From Candidatus Cloacimonetes bacterium 4572_55 (GTDB lineage Bacteria > 4572-55), in contig NBMB01000012.1 in the NCBI GenBank assembly GCA_002084765.1, positions 21,084-85,083 of the forward strand: a stretch of DNA of 64,000 nt, in the 5' to 3' direction. Of the stretch, positions 55,941 through 64,000 are shown piece after piece. A program made the position numbers and the translations under genes. The stretch's first letter is position 1, and each line of letters opens with the position of its first letter. The notes under the pieces were generated by a model. That model did not search any database, was not told where the DNA came from, and saw only the letters and a program-made list of their open reading frames with translations.

Positions 55941-55969
55941 GTGACGGAAAGTTCCCGCGTCACTTTTTT
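55941..55969 (+). terminator. plus-strand intrinsic-terminator-like hairpin with T6 tail
   Basis: GTGACGG / CCGCGTCAC stem followed by TTTTTT; overlaps the last codons of the minus-strand glycoside hydrolase gene. Confidence 0.4.
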
Positions 55970-58900
55970 AGTAATACCATCCGTTTTTCGATTTTTCCTT
56001 CAGGCGTGACCAGTTGATAGAAGTAGAGACCGCTCCCCACAACTGATCCTCGGTCGTTTCGACCATCCCATGTAGTTATGTGCGCGCCGCTCTCCTGCGT
56101 TTCATTGACAAGCGTGCGGACAAGCCGACCGGACATGTCATATATATTTAGCTTTACCCGCGAGTGAGCCGGCACGTTGTAACGGATTTTCACTTGCTCT
56201 CCGGTCATGAAGGGGTTGGGGTGATTTTGATCCAGACGGAATCCGGATTCCGCGGCGAGATCGGGCGTGTCTTCTATGCCTAATGGATACGAGAAATCTA
56301 TGTATATCCACGCGGTAGATGCTGGAATTGTCACATTTGCCGCGTCTGACAGCACCGTGAGAGAGTCCTCTCCCATGACCCTTGCCCAAACGCCGGTATG
56401 TGGGAAGGGGATGTCCAACGTCTCTTCCTGATTATTGAAATTTGCCGCTATCACCGAGGAGCGATCCTCGTTTTGTCGCCAATAAACAATCGATTTTTTG
56501 TCGTTATCCGCCAGTGGGAAGCTGATATCGCCTGTGCGAAATAGGGGAACCCGCAGACGCAGATCGATCAAGGCACTATAGTAATCGAACATCTCGCTGC
56601 CTTCGGGCTGATCAAGATTTTCCCATTGCAGAGGCTGAGGCTGGATATTTCCGTTTGGATCGCGGCTCACCCCGTTCTGGGCAAATTCCTGGCCAGCGTA
56701 TATCATAGGCATGCCCCAGCCGGTCATCAAAATCGCGGCACCCAGCTTTGACTTTTTGAGAGCGATTTCATAGCTCATATTTTGATAGGCCGTTGCCTCG
56801 TAAATCACCCGAGTCTCGTCGTGGCTCTCGATATAATTCAGCGGCCCATGAGGACTCTGGAACTCCGACGAGTATATCTGGTTCTGAAGCCGATCCATAT
56901 CGCCCCAATTAAAACCCGCGTCATGAATCTGCTGGAGATTTGCCTTCATCGCGTGAAAATAGGAATAATTCCAGCCCGCATCCACGTCGTTGAGCCGCAC
57001 TCGGACCGGGTTATCTTCCTCGATGATCTGAATAACTGTCGAGTCCAGATCATCGACAAAGTCAGAATAAAAAGCCATACCTTCTTGATCGTAACCGATC
57101 CAGCCCACGCCTTCGGTATGATCATAACGAAACCCGTCGAAATGGTATTCTTGGATCCATGTCTGCAGTGCGTCGGTCACGTATTTCCAAGTGCGGTACT
57201 GTTTTCCGTCCGCTACATGCCAATGCTGCAGACGGTAGCCCCACGGCGAAGGATCGTTCTTAAAATAGGGGCAGTTCTCATAATCGTGATCTTGATAGTT
57301 GTAATTTCCCACTGGCTGGTACAACTGGAACAGGGGCGCGCTACCCCACAGATGGTTAAAAACCACATCAAGTAACACCGCGATATTCCGCTCATGGAAC
57401 GCATTGATCAACATTTTCAACTCTTCCGGCGATCCATACGCTGTCTCCGGCGCAGAATAAAACGAGGGATTATACCCCCAACTATTCGCTCCTTCAAATT
57501 CGATAACAGGCATCAATTCGACTGCGTTGACGCCCAGTTCTTCAAAATAGCCGGATTCCAATATCTCCAGAACTTCTTGAAATGTGCCGATTGTTCCGTC
57601 GGTATGTCCGACAAAATCGCTGACGTGCATCTCATAGACCACAAGGCTGTCTACCGACGGGCGAACAAAGTCCTGGTCGCTCCAGTCAAACGGTTCCTCG
57701 CCGACAACAAAGCGAGTTGCCGCGTGTTGATAGTCGCCGGATTCCCACCCCCCAACTGGGTCTTTCCATTCTACGTCCTTGCTCCAGGGATCCGCAATAT
57801 ATTTTATCCCCTCCAGATTATATTGATACAAATATTCTCCGTCCGGCAGCGTCTTTGTTAGCCACCATAACGTATCGCCGGACGCTTTCATCAACTCGCC
57901 GTTCGGATACTCGGACGCATTGAAATCACCTTTTAGTGCCACGAAATTTTTTGCTGGCGCATAGAGCGCAAATGTAACCTGACTCCCATCGACAACCACG
58001 CCATCCTCGATCCCTTCCGGTGCTGGCTCATGGATGATACCGGGAACCACCTGGACTCTCACCCTATCAAAACCGTAACGGTCTGTCGCATTATACGCTC
58101 GAGCGATGATCTCCACATGGCCCCAGCTATCCATATCGGGCGACCAATCGATCTGGTAGGGATTTTCTCCTCCTGTCAAATCGGCCAACATCTCGTCTCG
58201 GACCCATATCTCCACGCCGTCCGCATCGGTTATATCCACTGAAATCTCGGTGGTCCCGCCAATATCCTGATCCTGGACTGGATGTGTGACAGTCGGGATC
58301 GGATCGCCTTGCTCTGGCGTGTAGTCAAACGCAATGTCATAAAGCGCGTCTTCCCATGATCCGTCCGCCCAACGAATTCGAAATTTGATAATGTCGATCA
58401 GTTGCACCGGGTTGACAAAGGACCCCAAATCGAGATAATAGTCCCCTGCCTCATCCGGTCCCTGCATCGGGGATTCCACGGATTGTTCATCGTCGGAAAG
58501 TTGGCTCCCATGGGGCCAATACGCCTCGATCGGAGGTTGAAATACCGCGTTGGAGAGTGTATACCAGATAAAATCGCCGGTTTGATCGCTGTTCCGTATC
58601 GTGATGTGGATCGTGTCGTTCGGATTGGGATTCAGAGGCGACCAGGTATAATTCAAGCCGATATGCCAATCTACGCCTATGCCGCCATTATTGTCCCAAT
58701 TTCCATTGAGATCGGTAAAGACAAAGTCGATTACCTCTGCGTCGTTGGGGATCAGATACGCGTATTCCCACCACCCGTCCTCAGAATATGGCAACATCTC
58801 ATAATCCTGCGTCCCTTGCCAATTGTTATACCCCAGATGGATATAGACTGGATTGGTTTGGTCTGGCAGCGCGCCTTCAATTATATTATAGTAGATCGTG

Positions 58901-59013
58901 ACCGTGCCGCCGGGAGTCGGAGAGGGCGGATCCCAATAGACCGAGACAGCTTGCGCTGAGACCGCATAAATCAGGGTGAAAGCCATTGAAAGAAGAGTAA
59001 GGTAACGCCTCAT
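55960..59013 (-). CDS. GH13-family alpha-amylase-type glycoside hydrolase with T9SS C-terminal sorting domain
   Basis: Signal peptide; GH13 blocks (VLLDVVFNH, GFRYDHTEG); C-terminal NPF...KLNIYDMSGRLV...GLYFYQLV...KRMVLLKK. Confidence 0.85.
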   Translation of the reverse strand: MRRYLTLLSMAFTLIYAVSAQAVSVYWDPPSPTPGGTVTIYYNIIEGALPDQTNPVYIHLGYNNWQGTQDYEMLPYSEDGWWEYAYLIPNDAEVIDFVFTDLNGNWDNNGGIGVDWHIGLNYTWSPLNPNPNDTIHITIRNSDQTGDFIWYTLSNAVFQPPIEAYWPHGSQLSDDEQSVESPMQGPDEAGDYYLDLGSFVNPVQLIDIIKFRIRWADGSWEDALYDIAFDYTPEQGDPIPTVTHPVQDQDIGGTTEISVDITDADGVEIWVRDEMLADLTGGENPYQIDWSPDMDSWGHVEIIARAYNATDRYGFDRVRVQVVPGIIHEPAPEGIEDGVVVDGSQVTFALYAPAKNFVALKGDFNASEYPNGELMKASGDTLWWLTKTLPDGEYLYQYNLEGIKYIADPWSKDVEWKDPVGGWESGDYQHAATRFVVGEEPFDWSDQDFVRPSVDSLVVYEMHVSDFVGHTDGTIGTFQEVLEILESGYFEELGVNAVELMPVIEFEGANSWGYNPSFYSAPETAYGSPEELKMLINAFHERNIAVLLDVVFNHLWGSAPLFQLYQPVGNYNYQDHDYENCPYFKNDPSPWGYRLQHWHVADGKQYRTWKYVTDALQTWIQEYHFDGFRYDHTEGVGWIGYDQEGMAFYSDFVDDLDSTVIQIIEEDNPVRVRLNDVDAGWNYSYFHAMKANLQQIHDAGFNWGDMDRLQNQIYSSEFQSPHGPLNYIESHDETRVIYEATAYQNMSYEIALKKSKLGAAILMTGWGMPMIYAGQEFAQNGVSRDPNGNIQPQPLQWENLDQPEGSEMFDYYSALIDLRLRVPLFRTGDISFPLADNDKKSIVYWRQNEDRSSVIAANFNNQEETLDIPFPHTGVWARVMGEDSLTVLSDAANVTIPASTAWIYIDFSYPLGIEDTPDLAAESGFRLDQNHPNPFMTGEQVKIRYNVPAHSRVKLNIYDMSGRLVRTLVNETQESGAHITTWDGRNDRGSVVGSGLYFYQLVTPEGKIEKRMVLLKK

Positions 59014-59180
59014 AAATCAAACCTCTTGATTAAAAAATAGTGATTAAAGAGAATTATTTCACATCGGAGCTCTCAGGACTCGTATCCGAAAAATCAGCGG
59101 ATCCTTTTGCCCGTGTTTTAATTTACAATTTTTTGCCCGTCAGCGCAATTATATTTTATGAGTTATCCAATGAATAGGGG

Positions 59181-59209
59181 TTGACATTTTTTTGTAAATT
59201 CAATACTAT
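59181..59209 (+). promoter_or_regulatory. candidate sigma70-type promoter
   Basis: TTGACA (59181-59186), 17-nt spacer, TACTAT (59204-59209), upstream of the STAS-domain gene. Confidence 0.3.
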
Positions 59210-59374
59210 CTTAATAGCGATTAAAATTCGAGGAATATTTTTGTCGCCAAAACACCAGGAATCAAGGAGAAGACAACGGATGTTTTGATAAAAAAATTCC
59301 GTTTGTGACGCCATTCGTTACAAAAAGGCGGAGAGAATACATTTTTTTTTAAGACGGAAGCCGGGGGAAAGTTA

Positions 59375-59773
59375 ATGAAATTTTTAGATTCGGTCAAAAA
59401 TAGCGAATTGGTTATTAATTGTATTGAGAACGATAGGGAGACGCTGGTGATCGCTTTGCGGGGGAAAATTTCCTCCTCTTTCACCGGTTCAATATTGACA
59501 AAGGATTTGAAATCTTTTAATGAACATGTCTATAATCGCTCTCCGAGTTGGGACCGTGTGGTGATCGACTTTCGGGGGTTGACGTATGTCAACTCGATAG
59601 GTGCTGGCATGATTATCAGTCTATATCGAAATTTTAAAGAGAGTCTTTCGAAAATTGTGCTTCTTTTTAAAAGGGGAAGCATGGTTTCCGAGACATTGAG
59701 CGCCATCGGTTTTTTTAAGATTTACCAACCGCAAGTGGTCTGGGATAAATATGACCAGGCTATAGTCAGTTAG
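59375..59773 (+). CDS. STAS-domain protein (anti-sigma-factor antagonist-like)
   Basis: SpoIIAA-like block VIDFRGLTYVNSIGAGMII. Confidence 0.7.
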   Translation: MKFLDSVKNSELVINCIENDRETLVIALRGKISSSFTGSILTKDLKSFNEHVYNRSPSWDRVVIDFRGLTYVNSIGAGMIISLYRNFKESLSKIVLLFKRGSMVSETLSAIGFFKIYQPQVVWDKYDQAIVS

Positions 59774-59813
59774 AAATTTTATTAAAAATCTTAAACGGAA
59801 GACCGGATATTTT

Positions 59814-61823
59814 ATGAAGTTGATTAAAATCGCGGCGGCTGTTCTGAATCAAACCCCTCTGGATTGGGAAGGCAATAAAAATCGAATCCTGCAGGCGATC
59901 CGAATCGCGCGGGAAGAAAAGGTGTCGATCATCTGTATGCCGGAGTTATGTATCACCGGTTATGGATGCGAGGACGCGTTCCACTCATCGGGCTTGCAGC
60001 GCACCGCATGGCAGATTCTGAGAGAAATTCTTCCAGAGACAAAGGCCATGATCGTCTGTCTGGGGATGCCGTTGAGCTATCAAAACAGCATATTTAACGT
60101 TGCCGCAATAGTGGTTGACGGGCGCATCCTTGGCTTTACGGCAAAGCAATTTCTTGCTGGAGACGGGGTCCATTATGAGCCTCGCTGGTTCAAGCCGTGG
60201 CCAAATAACGCGCGCGGCGATGTGACGATCGAGGGTCAGAGCTACCCTATTGGCGACATCTACTTCGACATTTCCGGAATCAAGGTTGGCATAGAGATTT
60301 GCGAGGACGCCTGGGTTGCCCGTCGTCCCGGCGCTGAGTTGGCACTCAAAGGCGTAGACCTGATTCTGAATCCCAGTGCCAGCCATTTTGCGTTTGGAAA
60401 GCACGAGATTCGGAAAAGATTCGTGGTAGAGGGTTCCAGAGCCTTTTGCGTCTCCTATATCTACGCCAACCTGGTGGGATGCGAGTCCGGCAGGATCATC
60501 TACGACGGCGGCGCGCTGATCGCGTCTGACGGAAAACTCATGGCTCAGGGACCCCGATTCAGCTATGAGGACGCGCAGATAGCGGTCGCTGTGGTTGATG
60601 TGGAAAAAACCCGGCTGAGCCAATTTCGGTCAGGCAACTTTCAACCGGATTTTATCAGCAGACCGGATCGAATCGTTTATCAAAATTTTGATTTTCCCGA
60701 ACTCAAAGAAGCGGTGACAGATGTTGACGCCAACTGGTACGCGCCGCCACTGCCCAAAGAGGACGAATTCGCGCAAGCTGTCGCCTTGGGTCTATTCGAT
60801 TATCTCCGCAAAAGCCGATCCTGTGGATTCGTAGTCTCCCTCAGCGGAGGCGGCGACTCTGCAGCCGTATCCTGCCTGGTCTCACTGATGGTCAAACTCG
60901 CGATCAAAAATCTCGGGGTGGATCGTTTTCGACAAAAATTATCCCATATTAACGATATTAAAGATAGTGCTTCCGACGAGCCGGAGATCGTCAACCGTGT
61001 TTTGACCTGTGTCTATCAAGCGACACGTAATAGCGGCGAAACGACTCGAAACGCGGCGGAAAAGTTGGCGAAATCGCTGAACGCCTGTTTTTTGCAGTTT
61101 CAGATCGACGGGCTGGTGGAGAGCTATGTCCGGATGGTATCCGACAATATCGGCAGAGAGCTGACATGGGATCAGGACGATATCGGGTTGCAAAATATTC
61201 AAGCTCGGGTCCGTGCGCCGGGAGTGTGGTTGATCGCTAACATCAAGCGGGCACTGCTTCTCACCACCAGTAACCGGAGCGAGGCGGCTGTGGGGTACGC
61301 CACGATGGACGGCGATACGTGCGGCGGATTGTGTCCCATCGGAGGGATAGATAAGGCGTTTCTGCAAAAGTGGTTGAGAAAATTAGAGAAAATAGGATTT
61401 CGAGGTATTGAGCCGATTCCGATCTTGAAATTGATCAACGAGCAGCAGCCTACCGCGGAACTGCGACCCAAAGATCAAAATCAAACAGATGAATCCGACT
61501 TGATGCCTTATACGGTTTTGAACGCGATCGAATCCGCGGCAATTCGGGATAAAAAAATGCCGATTCAGGTCTTTAAATTGATCCGATTCGAGTTCGGCGA
61601 TCAATACGCCGCGGAGGATTTGCATCTGTGGGTACAGCGATTTTTTCGTCTCTGGAGCTACAACCAATGGAAACGGGAACGATACGCGCCGTCGTTTCAT
61701 CTGGACGACAAAAATCTGGACCCAAAAACATGGTGCCGTTTCCCGATCCTTTCCGGCGGCTTTGACCGAGAATTGGCGGAGTTGCAGAGATATATTGATA
61801 ATGTGGGCTATGGCTTGCCATAG
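59814..61823 (+). CDS. nadE: glutamine-dependent NAD+ synthetase
   Basis: N-terminal CN-hydrolase domain (CMPEL, catalytic Cys in EICEDAW) and C-terminal synthetase domain with PP-loop SLSGGGDSA. Confidence 0.9.
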   Translation: MKLIKIAAAVLNQTPLDWEGNKNRILQAIRIAREEKVSIICMPELCITGYGCEDAFHSSGLQRTAWQILREILPETKAMIVCLGMPLSYQNSIFNVAAIVVDGRILGFTAKQFLAGDGVHYEPRWFKPWPNNARGDVTIEGQSYPIGDIYFDISGIKVGIEICEDAWVARRPGAELALKGVDLILNPSASHFAFGKHEIRKRFVVEGSRAFCVSYIYANLVGCESGRIIYDGGALIASDGKLMAQGPRFSYEDAQIAVAVVDVEKTRLSQFRSGNFQPDFISRPDRIVYQNFDFPELKEAVTDVDANWYAPPLPKEDEFAQAVALGLFDYLRKSRSCGFVVSLSGGGDSAAVSCLVSLMVKLAIKNLGVDRFRQKLSHINDIKDSASDEPEIVNRVLTCVYQATRNSGETTRNAAEKLAKSLNACFLQFQIDGLVESYVRMVSDNIGRELTWDQDDIGLQNIQARVRAPGVWLIANIKRALLLTTSNRSEAAVGYATMDGDTCGGLCPIGGIDKAFLQKWLRKLEKIGFRGIEPIPILKLINEQQPTAELRPKDQNQTDESDLMPYTVLNAIESAAIRDKKMPIQVFKLIRFEFGDQYAAEDLHLWVQRFFRLWSYNQWKRERYAPSFHLDDKNLDPKTWCRFPILSGGFDRELAELQRYIDNVGYGLP

Positions 61824-61904
61824 CTGAATAGTTACCAATTTGTAATTCATAGCGGTTTTCTGCAAACCGAGAATAAGAACCGAGAAAATAAGAAAGGAAG
61901 ATGG

Positions 61905-63572
61905 ATGAAATCAAAAATTGTCGTTTTACTTTTATTATGGCTTATGAGTGGATTCGCTGGTTTTTCATCAGCGAATCCCTATGCAGAATTAATTTTTCAG
62001 GACAGCTCTTTTCCGTATCTTTTTGATGATACGTATGGATTTTTCCAAAATAATGGCGCGCTACCTGGGCTGAAAGCCGTCGCGCCGCTTAACTATCTCC
62101 ATCAGGAGGTGTATCAAAGACCGTTGACGCTTGACGCGCAGATGACAGAGGATTGTTATGCCGGCGGGCTTTCCTATCGTCTCGGAAAATTGCGCGGCTT
62201 GGACACTGGTCTGGGGATGCGGGCTTATTATTATAAAAATGGCGGTATCGAGCTGAATTCGTTTCGCGCGGCTTTCTCCGTGAGTCGTGAGATTTATGCA
62301 ACCGGAGGCGCGATGTCGCTGGCGGAAGGGCGGGAATATTTTTATCACCGAGTCTATATCGGTATCCGACCGGAACTGAATCATCTGACGCTGAGTGACT
62401 CTTCCGCAAATCATATTCAATTTTCGCCCGGGATTTATGGGCGGTTCTTCGAGAACAAAAAGAATTTTATCCGATACGTCTCGCTCGGATTCAATATCAA
62501 CAATATGTTTGTTATAGAGACTGGAGACGATATCGACGCGTCTGACGCAGAAGTGAGGATGACCGGATCCGCGCTGTTTAAACCGAGCCGATTTATCGAC
62601 GATTATCTGCTTGTCGGCTTTCAGATGGGCGAGAAACGGTTCAGCTACGTTCTGGATTATCGATTGCAACCGTCGCTCACAGTGAGTCTGGGTCAGACAC
62701 TTTTTACAGATGGCGCGGCTCTATCCACGTTTGACGTTGGGGTCTCGAAAGCACTGCCCGGGAAAACGGTGTACGCGGTTTTGCAAAATCTAGGCGGATG
62801 GACTCCTGCGCTTCGGGTTTATCTCACCTATTTTACGGGCGAAAAAATTGAGCCAACGGATCGGTTGCCGATCTTGAAAAGCATCGATTTTCGGATTAAG
62901 AATGATTGGAATCCGATTCAACTCTCCTCGTCGTCCCAGCCCAGGACCATATCGCCTTATGCCGCGCCAAGGGTTGCGTACCGGATTGAGTTCAAGATTC
63001 GGGAAAGCACAGATATGACCCAGCCCGTCTCCGTACAATGGAGTTCCAAGTCGAGCAAAGAGGTGCAATCGGTCAAGCTTGATTATGGCAAAACTGACAA
63101 AAATCGCGCGCTCACTATGGATATACCGCTGCCCCTTGCGGTTCTTGATAAAATGGATAATAAGCACCCGGATCAGTATTCTACCGAAGCTTGGGAGATG
63201 ACGGTCTATTGGGGGGACGCCCAGATTTATCGGCAAAAAAAGGCAATCCAATCAGAACCCCTGTCACCGGAGTCGTATCAGGAAAATATTGACGAGCTGG
63301 AGGCGATCACTGATGAAAAAAAGGATCTGTATCGGATTTCGCAGGACTATTTCCCAAAAGCGATCCGGCTTTTTTATCACTGCGGAGAATATCTCTCCAA
63401 ACAAGATAGCGAGGAAAATTCTTGGATGTGCGACTGTTTCCGCCGAGTGATTGAGCTGGGCGATATGCCGATCCAAGAGCTGGAAGATAAAGATATTCGC
63501 TCGGCTCAGGTCAACCAGATGGTGGAGGACGCCCAATATTATCTGGAGATGCTTTGCCCAAAAGAGAATTGA
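61905..63572 (+). CDS. secreted hypothetical protein (555 aa)
   Basis: Signal peptide; no recognisable catalytic motif. Confidence 0.55.
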   Translation: MKSKIVVLLLLWLMSGFAGFSSANPYAELIFQDSSFPYLFDDTYGFFQNNGALPGLKAVAPLNYLHQEVYQRPLTLDAQMTEDCYAGGLSYRLGKLRGLDTGLGMRAYYYKNGGIELNSFRAAFSVSREIYATGGAMSLAEGREYFYHRVYIGIRPELNHLTLSDSSANHIQFSPGIYGRFFENKKNFIRYVSLGFNINNMFVIETGDDIDASDAEVRMTGSALFKPSRFIDDYLLVGFQMGEKRFSYVLDYRLQPSLTVSLGQTLFTDGAALSTFDVGVSKALPGKTVYAVLQNLGGWTPALRVYLTYFTGEKIEPTDRLPILKSIDFRIKNDWNPIQLSSSSQPRTISPYAAPRVAYRIEFKIRESTDMTQPVSVQWSSKSSKEVQSVKLDYGKTDKNRALTMDIPLPLAVLDKMDNKHPDQYSTEAWEMTVYWGDAQIYRQKKAIQSEPLSPESYQENIDELEAITDEKKDLYRISQDYFPKAIRLFYHCGEYLSKQDSEENSWMCDCFRRVIELGDMPIQELEDKDIRSAQVNQMVEDAQYYLEMLCPKEN

Positions 63573-63596
63573 TCGTATGTGCATAAATTCGTTTTT

Positions 63597-63642
63597 AGGC
63601 TCTAAAAGGTTTTGCAAAATTTTTTAGAGCCTGTTTTTTTTT
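63597..63642 (+). terminator. rho-independent terminator
   Basis: Stem AGGCTCTAAAA / TTTTAGAGCCT followed by a T9 run. Confidence 0.6.
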
Positions 63643-63776
63643 AATTGTTCACATTTTCATCAACAAAACCAATTGCTAAATTTTTGATAAGATATTAACT
63701 TAGCAGCGCGGAACGACTTTTCGTTTGCGATCTGTTTCTCTTATACCCGAATATACCCGAAAAAAGGAAAAATATA

Positions 63777-64000
63777 TGGCTAAAAAAAGCGAACGCAGCG
63801 CGCTCCTTTCTCATGAATATCGTCATGGGATGGACGTGGAATCATTAAAGGAATCTTTTAAGGATCGACTTTTGTATTCAGTGGGTAAGGATCGGTTTTC
63901 CGCGACTGACTTAGATTATTACACCAGCTTAGCTTATGCAGTCCGCGACCGGCTGATCGAGCGTTGGATGCATACCCAGCAGACATATTATAATCAGGAT
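63777..64000 (+). CDS. glgP: alpha-glucan (glycogen) phosphorylase, 3-prime truncated by window edge
   Basis: N-terminal block LLYSVGKDRFSATDLDYYTSLAYAVRDRLIERWMHTQQTYY matches the GT35 phosphorylase N-terminus. Confidence 0.8.

Overview
This 64-kb window is bacterial chromosome, mostly housekeeping, from a lineage that uses a type IX secretion system (T9SS): one intact and one remnant T9SS C-terminal sorting domain are present. Minus strand carries a complete rRNA operon (16S, tRNA-Ile, tRNA-Ala, 23S, 5S), tmRNA, tRNA-Val, the conserved thrS-infC-rpmI-rplT-pheS cluster, a sufBCDSUT Fe-S assembly operon, recA and rpsT. Plus strand carries a cobalamin riboswitch ahead of a TonB-dependent receptor and a beta-propeller lipoprotein, nadE, and the start of a glycogen phosphorylase. 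The strongest candidate for an undescribed system is a tightly coupled minus-strand operon at 39.1-42.5 kb: an ABC/AAA-type ATPase with a TOPRIM-like C-terminal region, two paralogous DUF488-like proteins and an unknown protein. Other points of interest are two adjacent paralogous ~850-aa envelope proteins (one with an embedded TonB C-terminal-like domain), a cluster of perfect DnaA boxes beside an AT-rich tract, a decayed hsdM fused to a T9SS sorting-domain fragment, and four genes broken at A/T homopolymers. All calls come from reading the sequence and motif recall; no database search was run, and coordinates of RNA ends and motifs may be off by a few nt.
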